From Squalus acanthias (lineage: Eukaryota), in contig CM059431.1 of assembly GCA_030390025.1 (NCBI GenBank), positions 94,862,001 through 94,926,000 on the forward strand: 64,000 bases of DNA, read 5' to 3'. The position numbers were made by a program, and so were the translations under genes. Below the pieces are notes generated by a model. The model saw only the letters and a program-made list of their open reading frames with translations, did no database searches and was not told the origin of the DNA. Below, piece by piece: positions 11,111 to 23,737 of the stretch (within the stretch, counting starts at the first letter, position 1; each line of letters opens with the position of its first letter).

Positions 11111-12984
11111 GGGCTAGAAATGAGCCTCCTTTGCGCCTCACATTATCGTCTCGGGGGGCGATAATGGGACGCTAACGACTTACCGACTGGGCGCAGCGAA
11201 AGAAAGGACTCCTGCGAAATTCAATGGGGGGGTAGCGCCAGGGGTAAAACTTAATGCCTCGATCTCCTGCGCCCCGGAGATCGTCCAGTTACTGCCCCGG
11301 ATCCTAAATTCGCTTCCGCCCCCTGCAGCTTCACTGGGCATCAGCAACGGCAGCTGTAGGAGGCGTTGTGACCTTGGCTGGCCACTTGGGGAGTGGTAAT
11401 TAAAGGTAGTCAGGTAGGCCAAAAAAAAATTCTCACCCCTTTGTGCTGTTTTGTTAAATTTTTCATTGCCGCGATAGATCAGCCCTGCACTCTCTTAGAG
11501 TGCTTGGGGCAGCTCCTCTCGGATCATGGGGGCTGCTCTTCGGGGATGGTGGGGGCTGCTCTTCGCGGATGGCGGGGGCTGCTCCTCACGGATGGCGGGG
11601 GCTGCTCTTCGCGGATGGCGGGGGCTGCTCCTCTCGGATGGCGGGGGCTGCTCCTCGGGGATGGTGGGGGCTGCTCCTCTCACATGGCGGGGGCTGCTCT
11701 TCGGGGATGGTGGGGGCTGCTCCTCATGGATGGCGGGGGCTGCTCTTCGCTGATGGCGGGGGCTGCTCTTCGCGGATGGCAGGGGGCTGCTCTTCGCGGA
11801 TGGCGGGGGCTGCTCCTCATGGATGGCGGGGGCTGCTCCTCACGGATGGCGGGGGCTGCTCTTCGCGGATGGCGGGGGCTGCTCCTCACGGATGGCGGGG
11901 GCTGCTCTTCGCGGATGGCGGGGGCTGCTCTTCGCGGATGGCGGGGGCTGCTCCTCATGGATGGCGGGGGCTGCTCCTCGCAGATGGCGGGGGCTGCTCC
12001 TCGCGGATGGCGGGGGCTGCTCCTCGCGGATGGCGGGGGCTGCTCCTCGCGGATGGCGGGGGCTGCTCCTCGCGGATGGCGGGGGCTGCTCCTCGCGGAT
12101 GGCGGGGGCTGCTCCTCGCGGATGGCGGGGGCTGCTCCTCGCGGATGGCGGGGGCTGCTCCTCGGGGATGGTGGGGGCTGCTCCTCTCACATGGCGGGGG
12201 CTGCTCTTCGGGGATGGTGGGGGCTGCTCTTCGCGGATGGCGGGGGCTGCTCCTCACGGATGGCGGGGGCTGCTCTTCGCGGATGGCGGGGGCTGCTCCT
12301 CGGGGATGGTGGGGGCTGCTCCTCTCACATGGCGGGGGCTGCTCTTCGGGGATGGTGGGGGCTGCTCCTCATGGATGGCGGGGGCTGCTCCGCTGATGGC
12401 GGGGGCTGCTCTTCGCGGATGGCGGGGGCTGCTCTTCGCGGATGGCGGGGGCTGCTCCTCATGGATGGCGGGGGCTGCTCCTCACGGATGGCGGGGGCTG
12501 CTCTTCGCGGATGGCGGGGGCTGCTCCTCACGGATGGCGGGGGCTGCTCTTCGCGGATGGCGGGGGCTGCTCTTCGCGGATGGCGGGGGCTGCTCCTCAT
12601 GGATGGCGGGGGCTGCTCCTCGCAGATGGCGGGGGCTGCTCCTCGCGGATGGCGGGGGCTGCTCCTCGCGGATGGCGGGGGCTGCTCCTCGCGGATGGCG
12701 GGGGCTGCTCCTCGCGGATGGCGGGTGCCATCGCTGACCCATCCCCAGCTTTACCTTTAACTGCTGTGACCATTGGCCCTTCCCTTTAAGGGAGGGAAGG
12801 AGCCTGTGAATCCGGCAGCGCTGCATGGAACATTGATCAGCGCTCTGCCGATACCGCCCCTCGCACTCCCTTTAGCGCTCTGAGGAAAGTGATAGCGCTT
12901 GATTTAGTGCTCCACTTCCCTCTTGGAGTGCTACAACTGAATTTTGCGGGAGCTTCTCACCATTTCTCTCATAATTTCTCCCCC
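11111..12984. mobile_element. Harbinger-type non-autonomous element carrying a minisatellite
   Basis: Termini GGGCTAGAAAT...ATTTCTCCCCC; GGCGCTA/TAGCGC subterminal motifs; CCCTTTAAG motif; interrupts the CR1 at GAAACA. Confidence 0.75.
11505..12725 (+). repeat. 23-bp GC-rich minisatellite (GCGGATGGCGGGGGCTGCTCCTC)n, ~53 units
   Basis: Direct tandem periodicity of 23 (e.g. 12003, 12026). Confidence 0.97.
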
Positions 12985-13334
12985 ATAAAATTCTTAAGGG
13001 GCTTGCTGGGTTAATGCTGGGAAAATGTTTCCCCTGGCTGGGGAATCTAGAACACGAGGTCACAATCATTGAATAAGGGATCGGCCATTTAGGACTGAAA
13101 TGAGGAGGAATTTCTTCACTCAAAGGGTTGTGAATCTTTGGAATTCTCTACCCCAGAGTTGCTGAGTATATTCAAGACAGAGGTCGATACATTTTTGGGA
13201 ACGAAGGGAATTAAGGGATATGGGGATAGTGTGGGAAGGTGGAGTTGAGGTGGAAGATCAGCCATGATCTTGATGAATGGCCTTGAAGGGCCAAATGGCC
13301 TACTCCAGCTCCTATTTCTTATGTTCTTATGACT

Positions 13335-13706
13335 TTATGAAATGCCTTCTCGAAGTCCATATTATTAACATCCATAGACATTCCCCTGTCCCCTACTTTA
13401 GTCACCTCCTCAAAAAATCAATCACGTTTGCCAGGCATGACCTACCTGTCACAAATCCATGCTGGCTCTCTCTGATCAACTGAAAATTTTCAAGGTGTTC
13501 AGTCACCCTATCCTTAATTATAGACTCTAGAAATTTCCCAACAACAGATGTTAGGCTAACAGGTCTATAATTCCATGCTTTCCCTCTCTCGCCATTCTTA
13601 AATAGTGGAGTGACAAGTGCAATTTTCCAATCTAAAGGAACGGTTCCTGAATCAAGACAACTTTGGAAGATTATAGTTAGGGCATCTGCAATATATTCAC
13701 CTACTT
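13335..13706 (-). mobile_element. Decayed CR1 RT fragment
   Basis: Reverse complement shows the YRPVSLTS, QHGF and MDF..AF region. Confidence 0.75.
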
Positions 13707-13718
13707 CATAGAGTCACA

Positions 13719-14310
13719 GGGGGCGATTTTGCCAGCCCTGGGGAGGTGGGTTTGGAGGCGGGACTGCCGGGAAAATGGCAGAATCTGGGGGTGGATACCC
13801 ATCCTGCCCCAAACCCGCCTCCGTGCCATCTTCCCAGGAGGCGGGTACCTAACCTGCGGCGGGTCCCATCTCCTCGAGGCGGGAAGGGGATTAGTGCCAA
13901 TTAACTGCATGTTAACAGGTAGTTAACAGGCAGTTTTTTGGCTAATCCCTATTTTGAGCCCCGAAGTGTGGGCTTCCCAACGGCTCCGAACCTCGCCAGG
14001 GTCAGCGAGGTGGGCCGTCGGTCTGCGGGGGTCGGAGGGGCCGAGATGTCCGATGTGCAGGTGAGTGATGGGTGCATGTGTACAGAGGTAAGTGTGTGAG
14101 GTGTGTGTAAAGTGTTTTAATAAGTTTTATTTACCTTTACTTCTTCCTGCCGGCTTTCCCTTAATTGGCCTGCTAAGCCCGCTGGGCGGGATTAACAAGG
14201 TCAATCAAGGGAAAATAGCGTGGGTTGGCCACAAGTCGATGGAGGCAGGACTAAAACCCGACAAGTGGGAGTCCCACCTCCGAAAGCTCTCCATTGACAA
14301 AATCCAGCCC
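13719..14310. mobile_element. Harbinger-like MITE
   Basis: Imperfect TIRs GGGGGCGATTTTG...CAAAATCCAGCCC; 3-bp flanks ACA/ATA; lies in the (CATAGAGT)n CR1 tail. Confidence 0.65.
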
Positions 14311-14321
14311 ATAGAGTCATA

Positions 14322-15214
14322 GGGGGAGAAATTCAGTATCGCCCCATTTGGGGCGCAATTATCGGCCGGGTGCTAAGATTAGCGCCTGGCGCTAATTATC
14401 ACCTCCGACTGGAAACTTGACTTTTATCGCTCCTGGAGGTGATTGGAGCGCTAAATCAGGCGCTTCACACCTGTCTTAAGGCGCAAAGGCCGAGGAGCGA
14501 GGCGCTACCTCAGAGCGCTGGCGAAGCTCATGTGATGTCAGTCAGCAATGGAACACACACACAATGGCGCCAGCCAGTTCTTAAAGGGGAGGGTTGATCT
14601 AGCTTTCCATCCACATCCTGCTCATTGCAGCCTTGAATCTCGGCCTGGAGAGACCTGTACATCAAATCTGCTGGAAAGAACAATGGAGAGGCCCAGGGAA
14701 AGAGCTCAGAGTGCAGCCCCCACAGTCTCTTCTAAATCGATACAAGGAAGGGCAAATCAAAATGAACCTGCAAAGTACTGCTCAGTACCCAAAACTCCTT
14801 CACACAGCGTTGAAGCTCTCCAGAAGTCTCTCTCTCTCTCTCTCAGAATGCGTGGTGCAAAAATGTCACCAATAATAAAAGACAGGAAGCGGTCACCTTT
14901 AAATAGCGCTCCCCCAGTCCCTTCCTGACTGCAAAACGCTCCCCTCAACCCATCGTTGCTAGCAGCAGGCAGTAAGGCAGGGGGCGCCACTCAATATCCG
15001 CTCCGTGGCGCTACCGGGGCGTTGCGCACTCGACTGACGTCACGATTTGCCGGCGCAGGAGATCGTGGCGGTAGTGTTTAGCGCCGCTGCAAAATGTCTA
15101 GTTAATTTTGTGAGTGGCGCAAACATCGCCGCGCCCGAGCACTAGTTGCTTTGCGCCCCATTAGCGCCCTCTTCAGGCGCTAACGGGAGGCGCAACCAAC
15201 TGAATTTTTCCCCC
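14322..15214. mobile_element. Harbinger non-autonomous element, 893 bp
   Basis: TIRs GGGGGAGAAATTCAGT...ACTGAATTTTTCCCCC; TSD ATA/ATA; same family as 26862-27747 in reverse orientation. Confidence 0.9.
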
Positions 15215-16443
15215 ATAGAGTCACAACGGCCAGAAGGAGGCCATTCGGCCCATCAAGTCTGTGCCGGCTCTCTGTAGAGCAATCCAGTCAGTCCCATTCC
15301 CCCGCTCTATCCCCGTAGCCCTGCAAGTTTATTTCCCTCAAGTGCCTAGCCAGTCTCCCCTTGAAAACATTGAGTGTCTCCGCTTCCACCACTTCTGTTG
15401 GCAGCGAGTTCCAGGTCCTCACCACTCGCTGCGTAAAAAAGTTTTTCCTCACATCCCCCCTGTATCTCTTGTCCAAAATCTTAAATCTGTGTCCCCTAGT
15501 CCTTGTACCATCAATTAGTAGGAACAGCCTTTCCTTGTCTAGCCTATCCAAACCCGTCATAATCTTGTATACCTCCATCAAATCACCCCTCAACCTCCTT
15601 TACTCTGATGAAAACAAATCCAGCTTCTCTAACCTGTCGTTGTAGCTAAGATCCCCCAGCCCCGGAACCATTCTGGTAAATCTCCTCTGCACCCCCTCAA
15701 GTGCCTTCACATCCTTCCTAAAGTGTGGTGACCAGAACCGGAGGCAATATTCTAGTTGTGGCCTAACCAGTGCTTTATAAAGGTTCAGCATTACTTCTCT
15801 ACTTTTGTACTCAATACCTCTATTTATGAAGCCCAAGATCCCATATGCTTTGCTAACTACTCTCTCAATATGTCCTGCCACCTTCAGGGACCTATGCACA
15901 TTAACTCCCAGGTCCCTCTGTCCCTGCACACTCTTTAAAACTGTGCCATTAAGTGTATATTGCCTCTCCCTGTTCCTTCTGCCAAAATGCATCACCTCAC
16001 ACTTCTCTGTATTAAATTCCATCTGGCCACTTGTCTGCCCATTCTGCTAATCTTTCTATGTCCTGTTGCAGTTGATTGATATCATCATCACTGTTTGCCA
16101 CACCCCCAAGTTTGGTGTCATCGGCAAATTTAGAAATTCTACTCTGTATTCCAATATCCAAGTAATTTATATATATCAAAAAAGCAGTGGCCCCAGCACT
16201 GACCCTTGGGGAACACCACTGTCTACCATCCTCCAGTCTGAAAAACAGCCATTGACCACAACTCGCTGTTTTCTGTCCTTAAGCCAATTCCTTATCCAAG
16301 CTGCCACTGACCCAACTATTCCATGAGCCTCAATTTTGTTAACCAGCCTTCTGTGTGGTACTTTGTCAAACGTCTTCCGAAAATCCATGTAGACAACATT
16401 CATTGCATTCCCTTCATCGATCCTCCCTGCTACTTCATCAAAA
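15215..16443 (-). mobile_element. CR1 LINE 3' half
   Basis: RT and C-terminal ORFs 16176-16541, 15600-16022, 15288-15593. Confidence 0.93.
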
Positions 16444-17631
16444 GGGGATGGGCAATAATGTTGGCCTTGCCAGCGACGCCCACATCCCATAAACAAATAA
16501 AAAAATATATACCACTTCTGCAGTGATATTTTCCTTCTCAAAATGGGAAGTCAATTTTCTGTGCTGGATGAGAGCTGTGCTTTAAAAAAATTTCTGTGTG
16601 GGAATCCCCTGCAAGTATCGACAGACTGTTGGGGGATTTCTACAAGTACTGGTGGACTCCAGAATTACCATCTGGCCTAACGTTTAAAGGAAGTGTCGGT
16701 TACCCAACGGAAAATGGAAACCGTTCTAATAATATATAGCAGCAAGAATAACGTGTTGGTAAAAAAAGAGACAAATGTGAGGGTCATCTCACCAATGACT
16801 GTCCTCCGTGCAGGGAGCTGCAGTTAGCGGGAGCACAGGTAGGAAAAGCATAGCCCTATTTCCAACCTGGAATACCACAGTTCCCCATGTGGTGTGTGGG
16901 ATTGATAAAACCATCCTAAAATGATTAAAATGCAGAGATCAGACCTCATGGAACCCTGAGATTGCCTTACGGATCCGTCCTGGTTCCAGAGACCCCAATT
17001 TGAAAACCTACAAACTAGCAACATTGTAATAATGAAGGCCCTATTATAATTACACAGGAACCCGAGGATTGAATTGATTTTGTTGGATTAAACACCTTTC
17101 ACGTGCCATTTCTTTCATTATATTTTCCTTCCCATTAAATTAAGAAAATGTTTTACTTTTCTTCCTCTTCTGATATTCGAACAGATTTTCCTCTAATTTG
17201 GCTTGAACAGTTTACTGACATATAGCAAGTGATACAAAAACATGTTAAAACAAACAGTAAAATACTGCATATGTTGGAAGTCTGAAACACAAACAGAAAA
17301 AGCTGGAAACACTCAGCAATTCAGGAATGGCACTTCTCCAGGGATGCCATGATGGACTTGCTGAGTGTTGCTTACATTTTTTCTGTTTTTCTGACAAAAA
17401 TATGTTAGCCTCTGTTCTCCACATTCAGCCACCATTTGTCTGTCTCCCAGCGGTTGCAATCATGAATCAATAATTCAATTTGTTGGATTAAACACCTTTT
17501 ATGTAGCATTTCTTCAATTATATTTTCCTTCCCTAAAGTGACCCAGGAAACTACTTTGATGTCCATTGTGCTAGAAGCCCTTATTAAAGATAAGATCGTG
17601 GAGCATCTGGATAAAAATAAAATCATGAAAT

Positions 17632-19930
17632 ATCATAGAATCACACAGCACAGAAGGAGGCCATTTGGCCCATCGTAACTATGCCAGCTCTTTGAAAGAG
17701 CTATCTAATTAGCCCCACTCCACTGCTCTTTTCCCATTGCCCTGTAATCTTATCCTTTTCAAGTATTTATCCAATTCCCTTTTAAAGTTACTGTTGAATC
17801 TGTTTCTACCACCCTTTCAGGCAATGCATTCCAGATCATAACAACTCGCTGTGTAAAAAATGTACTCCTCAACTCCCCTCTGGTTCTTTTGCTAATTACC
17901 TTAAATCTGTGTCCTCTGCCAGTGAAAACAGTTTCACCCTATGTACTCTATCAAAACCCTTCAAAATTTTGAAACACCTCAATTAAATCTCCCCCTCAAG
18001 CCTCTCTGCTCTAAGGAGAACAATCCTAGCTTCTCATAACTGAAGTCCCTCATTCCTGGTACCATTCTAGTAAATCTCCTCTGCACCCTCTCCAAGGCTT
18101 TGACATCCTTCCTAAAGTGTGGTGGCCAGAATCCAATCTGGCCAATTACCACCCCATCAGTCTACTCTCAATCATCAGCAAATGATGGAAGGTGTCATCG
18201 ACAGTGCTATCAAGCAGGCACTTACTCACCAATAACCTACTCACTGATGCCCAGTTTGGGTTCCGCCAAGACCACTCAGCTCCCGACCTCATTATAGTCT
18301 TTGTCCAAACATGGACAAAGGAGCTGAATTCCAGAGGTGAGGTGAGAGTGACTGCCCTTGACATCAAGGCAGCATTTGACCGCGTGTGACATCAAGGAGC
18401 CCTAGTAAAATTGAAGTCAATGGGAATCAGGAGGAAAACTCTCCACTGGCTGGAGTCATACCTAGCACAAAGGAAGATAGTTGTGGTGATTGGAGGTCAA
18501 TCATCACAGCCCCAGGACATCGTTGCAGGAGTTCATCAGGGCAGTGTCCTAGGCCCAACCAACTTCAGCTGCTTCATCAATGACCTTCCCTCCAACATAA
18601 GGTCAGTAATGGGGATGTTCGCTGATGACTGCACTGTGTTCAGTGCCATTGACAACTCCTCAGATAATGAAGCAGTCCATGCCCGCATGCAACAAGACCC
18701 GGACGACGTTCAGACTTGGGCTGATAAGTGGCAGGTAACATTCACATCACAGAAGTGCCAGGCAATGATTATCTCCAACAAGCGAGAGTCTAACCACCGC
18801 CCCATGACATTCAACGGCATTACCATCGCCGAATCCCCTACCATCAACATCCTGGGGTCACCATTGACCAGAAACTTAACTGGACCAGCCACATAAATAC
18901 TGTGGCAACAAGAGCAGGTCAGAGGCTAGGTATTCTGCGGCGAGTGTCTCACCTCCTGACTCCCCAAAGCATTTCCACCATCTACAAGGCACAAGTAAGG
19001 AGTGTGATGGAATACTCTCCACTTGCCTGGGTGAGTGCAGTTCCAACAACACTCAAGAAGCTCGACACCATCCAGGACAAAGCAGCCTGCTTGATTGGCA
19101 TGCCATCCACCACCTTAAACATTCGCTTCCTCCACCACCGGCGTACCATGGCTGCAGTGTGTACCATCTACAAGATGCACTGCAGCAACTCGCCAAGGCT
19201 TCTTCGACAGCATCTCCCAAACCCGCGACCTCTTCCACCTAGAAGGACAAGGGCAGCAGGCGCATGGGAACACCACCACCTCCAAGTTCCCCACCAAGTC
19301 ACACACCATCCTGACTTGGAAATATATCACTGATCCTTCATTGTCGTTGGGTCAAAATCCTGGAACTCCCTACCAAACAGCTCTGTGGGAGTACCTTCAC
19401 CACACGGACTGCAGCGGTTCAAGAAGGTGGCTCACCAACACCTTCTCAAGGGCCATTAGGGATGTGCAATAAATGCTGGCCTTGCCAGCGATGCCCACAT
19501 CCCGTGAATGAATAAAAAAAAATTAGACATAATACTCTGAGGCCTATGTAGTGATTTATAAAGGTTTCTCATAACTCCCTTGCTTTTGTACTGTACGCCA
19601 CTATTTATAAAGCTTTTTTAACAGCCTTTATCACTTGTCCTGCCACCTTCAAAGATTGTGTACGTAAACCCCATGGTTTCTGTTCCTGCACCACCTTTAA
19701 AATTGTACCATTTAGTTTGTATTGCCCCTCTTCAATCTTCCTTCCAAAATGCATCACTGCACACTTCTCTGCATTAAATTTAATCTGCAGTGTGCCTGCC
19801 CATTACATCAGTATGCCTATATCCTTCTGAAGTCTACTACAATCCTGCTCACTGTTTACTAGATTTTGGAGTTTCGTGTCATCTGCAAACTTTGAAATTG
19901 TGCCCTGTATACCCAAGTCCAGGTCATTAA
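17632..19930 (-). mobile_element. CR1 3' half split by a second-family LINE
   Basis: CR1 minus strand at 17632-18130 resumes at ~19525-19930. Confidence 0.75.
18131..19522 (+). mobile_element. Second LINE family (CR1/L2 group): RT to poly-A tail
   Basis: QFGFR, ALDIKAAFDRV, QGSVLGP, FADDCT; poly-A tail near 19513. Confidence 0.92.
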
Positions 19931-19934
19931 TTAA

Positions 19935-20385
19935 GATAGTCAATTTGGGTTTATGAAGTAGAGGTTTTGCCAATTTAACTTACTAGTTTTCTTTCAGGAT
20001 GTGACAAAGGAGCTTCATAGGGGTAAAGCAGTGGATGTGGTGTACTTGGATTTCAGTAAGGCCTTTGATAAAGTTCCTCTGGAAAGGCTGGTACTGAAAA
20101 TAAAAAAAACAGGACTCAGTGGAAATATTTTACAATAGATATATAATTGATTGACAGATAGAACCCAAAGGGCAGTGGTACAAGGATTGTCATCAGCCTG
20201 GGAGAATGTTACTAGTGGAGCCCCTCAGGGGTCTGTTTTGGGACCTCTTTAGTTTAATATCTTCATAAATTATCTGGAGTTAGGAGTCACAATCACTATA
20301 GATAAATTTGCAGATGATACAAAACTAATTAATGTGGCAGACTCCAAAACTGAATAGGATAAACTACAGGAAGATTTTATTTCAG
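19935..20385 (+). mobile_element. Old CR1 RT fragment
   Basis: [23 protein letters not shown] and KFADDTK readable with stops. Confidence 0.8.
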
Positions 20386-21254
20386 TGTGTGACTGTTCAA
20401 TCTATGGAACAGACTCCCTAGGGAAGCGATGAAAGCAGACCTTATTGATTCAAATAGATTAGATTTTTGTGGTAATGAGTGGTACTGATCGTAACTTTCC
20501 AAACATATTTAACAATTCCTAGGGACTTTTCTACAGGAGATGTATATTTTCCAGACCATTTTCATCCTGCACACTACGATTTGCATTTTTCAAGTGCATT
20601 TCAGATCATTAGATCAAGTTAAGGTAAAATCAACTTCTCTGGATTAATGTGGAGCAAGACAGACCAGAGCTATCAATGTCATGGAATATGAAATTCTCAA
20701 TTTAACACTCATCAAAGATGCTTTTACTTCAAGTCATTTGTCTAGATAAATACACTCCAATTTACAAAGTCTTCTTCATTTTCCAGCTTATCCTAATCCA
20801 GAACTGTTGCACAGCTCTTGGACAAGGACAGTCTGACATGCAGACTTGCATCAAACTCTCACCCAATGGCGTTTTATAGTCAGCACAAAGCACCTACACA
20901 CAGCAGGAGTTGGTCTTTCACTCTGGTATAACACGAATATCAGAACATCAGTTTTATCCTTCACTGCGATTTTACTCATCTCACAATTGGAAATGTAAAT
21001 AGGACAAAAAAAGTTGATTACATTCAGTTTACTGAAGCCGATTTTATAAAAATTACTAAAAGTCCTCAGCCCTTAATGTGGTAGTCACAGTGTTTTACAT
21101 TGATTACACTTACACAATTCTCATTTGTTCACCAGCTTGAAGACCAAGTCCACCATTCTGTCACTTCGATTACTCAGGTATACCAGGTAGTGATGGCCCA
21201 ACAAAACACTAGTTTCAGCATCTAGAAACAGTGGGTGTGACCCAGTACTATAGA

Positions 21255-22810
21255 AACAAGTCGCCTGGTCTAGATGGCTTGCGTCCCAGGTTGCTAAGGG
21301 AATTGGGGGAGGAGATAGCGGAAGGGCTTGCCATAATTTTTCAATCTTCCCTAGATGCGGGGGAGGTGCCTGAGGATTGGAAAGTGGCAAATGTGGCACC
21401 ATTGTTCAAGAAAGGGTGTAAGGACAATCCTAGTAACTACAGGCCGGTCAGTTTAACATCAATAGTGGGTAAAGTGTTAGAAACAATAATCAATGAAAAA
21501 ATTAATGGGCACTTGGAGAGGTTTAAACTAATTAAGGAGAGCCAACACGGATTTGTTAAAGGCAGATCGTGTTTGACTAATCTAATTGAATTTTTTGATG
21601 AAGTAACAGAGAGGATTGATGAAGGGAATGCAGTGGATGTTGTCTACATGGATTTTCGGAAGGCGTTTGACAAAGTAGCACATAGAAGGCTGGTTAACAA
21701 AATTGAGGCTCATGGAATAGGTGGGTCAGTGGCAGCTTGGATAAGGAATTGGCTTAAGGACAGAAAACAGCGAGTTGTGGTAAATGGCAGTTTATCAGAC
21801 TGGAGGATGGTAGACAGTAGTGTTCCCCAAGGGTCAGTGCTGGGGCCACTGCTTTTTTTGATATGTATAAATGACCTGGATATTAGAATACAGAGTGGAA
21901 TTTCTAAATTTGCCGATGACACCAAACTTGGGGGTATGGCAAAAATTGAGGATGATACCAATCGACTGCAACAGCACATAGAAAGGCTAGCAGAATGGGC
22001 AGACAAGTGGCAGATGGAATTTATTACAGAGAAGTGTGAGGTGATGCATTTTGACAGAAGGAACACTTAATGGCACAGTTTTAAAGAGTGTGCAGGGATA
22101 GAGGGACTTGGGAGTTAATGTGCATAGGTCCCTGAAGGAGGCAGGATATATTGAGAGAGTGGTTAACAAAGCATATGGGATCTTGGGCTTCATAAATAGA
22201 GGTATTGAGTACAAAAGTAGAAAAGTTATGCTGAACCTTTATAAAGCGCTGGTTAGGCCACAACTGGAGTATTGCGTCCAGTTCTGGTCAACACACTTCA
22301 GGAAGGATGTGAAGGCCCTTGAGAGGGTGCAGAGGAGATTTACCAGAATGATTCCGGGGATGGAGGATCTTAGCTACAAGGACAGGTTGGAGAAGCTGGA
22401 TTTGTTTTCATTAGAGCAAAGGAGGTTGAGGGGTGATTTGATAGAGGTGTACAAGATTATGATAGGTTTGGATAGGCTAGACGGGGAAAGGATGTTCCCA
22501 CTAGTTGATGATACAAGGACCAGGGGACACAGATTTAAGGTTGTAGGCAAGAGATACAGGGGGGACGTGAGGAAAAACTTTTTTACGCAGTGAGTGGTGA
22601 TGACCTGGATATCGCTGCCGACGGAAGTGGTGGAAGCGGAGACACTCAATGTTTTCAAGGGGAGACTGGATAGGCACTTGAGGGAAATAAACTTGCAGGG
22701 CTACGGGGATAGAGCGGGGGAATGGGACTGACTGAATTGCTCTACAGCGAGCCAGCACATACCCGATGGGCCGAATGGCCTCCTTCTGTGCCGTTATGAC
22801 TCTATGATTC
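21255..22810 (+). mobile_element. CR1 LINE: RT to 3' UTR
   Basis: ORFs 21231-22070 and 22108-22593; same subfamily as 15215-16443. Confidence 0.95.
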
Positions 22811-22869
22811 ATTCAAATGCAACTTTGATAGATTTCTTTCAGAAAATAAAATTTTGTGATACACTATAT

Positions 22870-23230
22870 GAGCAAAGCTTAAGGGGAGATTTAATAGAGT
22901 TGCTCAAAATTATGAGGAGTTTAGTTAGAGTAAATAGTAAGAAACTGTTGGTCGGTAACCAGAGAACTCAGATTTAAAGCAGTTGGCAGAAGAACCAGTT
23001 GGGGGATGAGGAGATCTTTTTTATGCAGCGAGTTGTTCTGATCTGGAATGCACTGCCTGAAAGGGTGGTTGAAGCAGATTCAATAGTAACTTTGAAAAGG
23101 GAATTGGATAAATACTTCTGGGGAACGATCCGTGGAGTGGGGCTAATTGAATAGTTCTTTCAAAGAGCCAACATAGGCACAAGGAGTCAAATGGCCTCCT
23201 TCTGTGCTGTATCATTCTATGATTCTATAA
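22870..23230 (+). mobile_element. Decayed CR1 3' end
   Basis: GDLIE...FF.QRVV..WNALP and 3' UTR tail. Confidence 0.75.
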
Positions 23231-23737
23231 TTTGAGGCATGACATATTGAAAGTGTAGGATGCTTGGGAGGAACAGATGATTTTGAACCTATTGGGGGAA
23301 AAATTCGGGTGGCTAGCAACTTAGCGCCCGAGCACGGCGATGTTAGCGCCGCTCGCGAAATTGACCTGTCGTTCTGCGGTGGCGCTAAACACTATCGCCA
23401 TGATCTCCTGCGCCCGCAGATCGTGTCATGCAAGCGTGCAACGCCCCAGTAGCGCCCCGGGCCGGAAATTGATTCTCGCCCCCTGCTTTAGCGCCTGCCG
23501 CTAGGAACGACAGGTAGAGGGGGACGTTTTGAAATCGGGAAGGGGCTGGAGGAGCGCTATTTAAAGGCGGGCACTTCCTACCTTTTCGTGTCGGCAAAAT
23601 TTTGGTATATGCAGGTTGAGAAGGAGAGAGACGTCTGGAGAGATTTAACGCTGTCCTAAGGAGTTTTGGTCCTGAGCACCACTTTTCAGGTTCCTATATA
23701 TCTGAGCTTCATATTTAGCACATTGAGAAGATTTGAA

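Larger units (their letters stand above)
8968..13331 (+). mobile_element. CR1 ORF2 remnant interrupted by a Penelope-like element and a Harbinger-type MITE
   Basis: HGDF (endonuclease) near 8980; RT motifs 10078-10920; CR1 resumes at 12985 (ATAAAATTCTTAAGGGG) through the 3' UTR. Confidence 0.85.

Noticed and set aside
11393..12826. Long ORFs (up to 455 aa) in several frames
   Set aside because: Translations of the stop-free 23-bp minisatellite
21114..21250. Possible minus-strand host exon (GTAAGT donor at 21113)
   Set aside because: All three frames hit stops between the candidate acceptors and the donor; no recognisable protein
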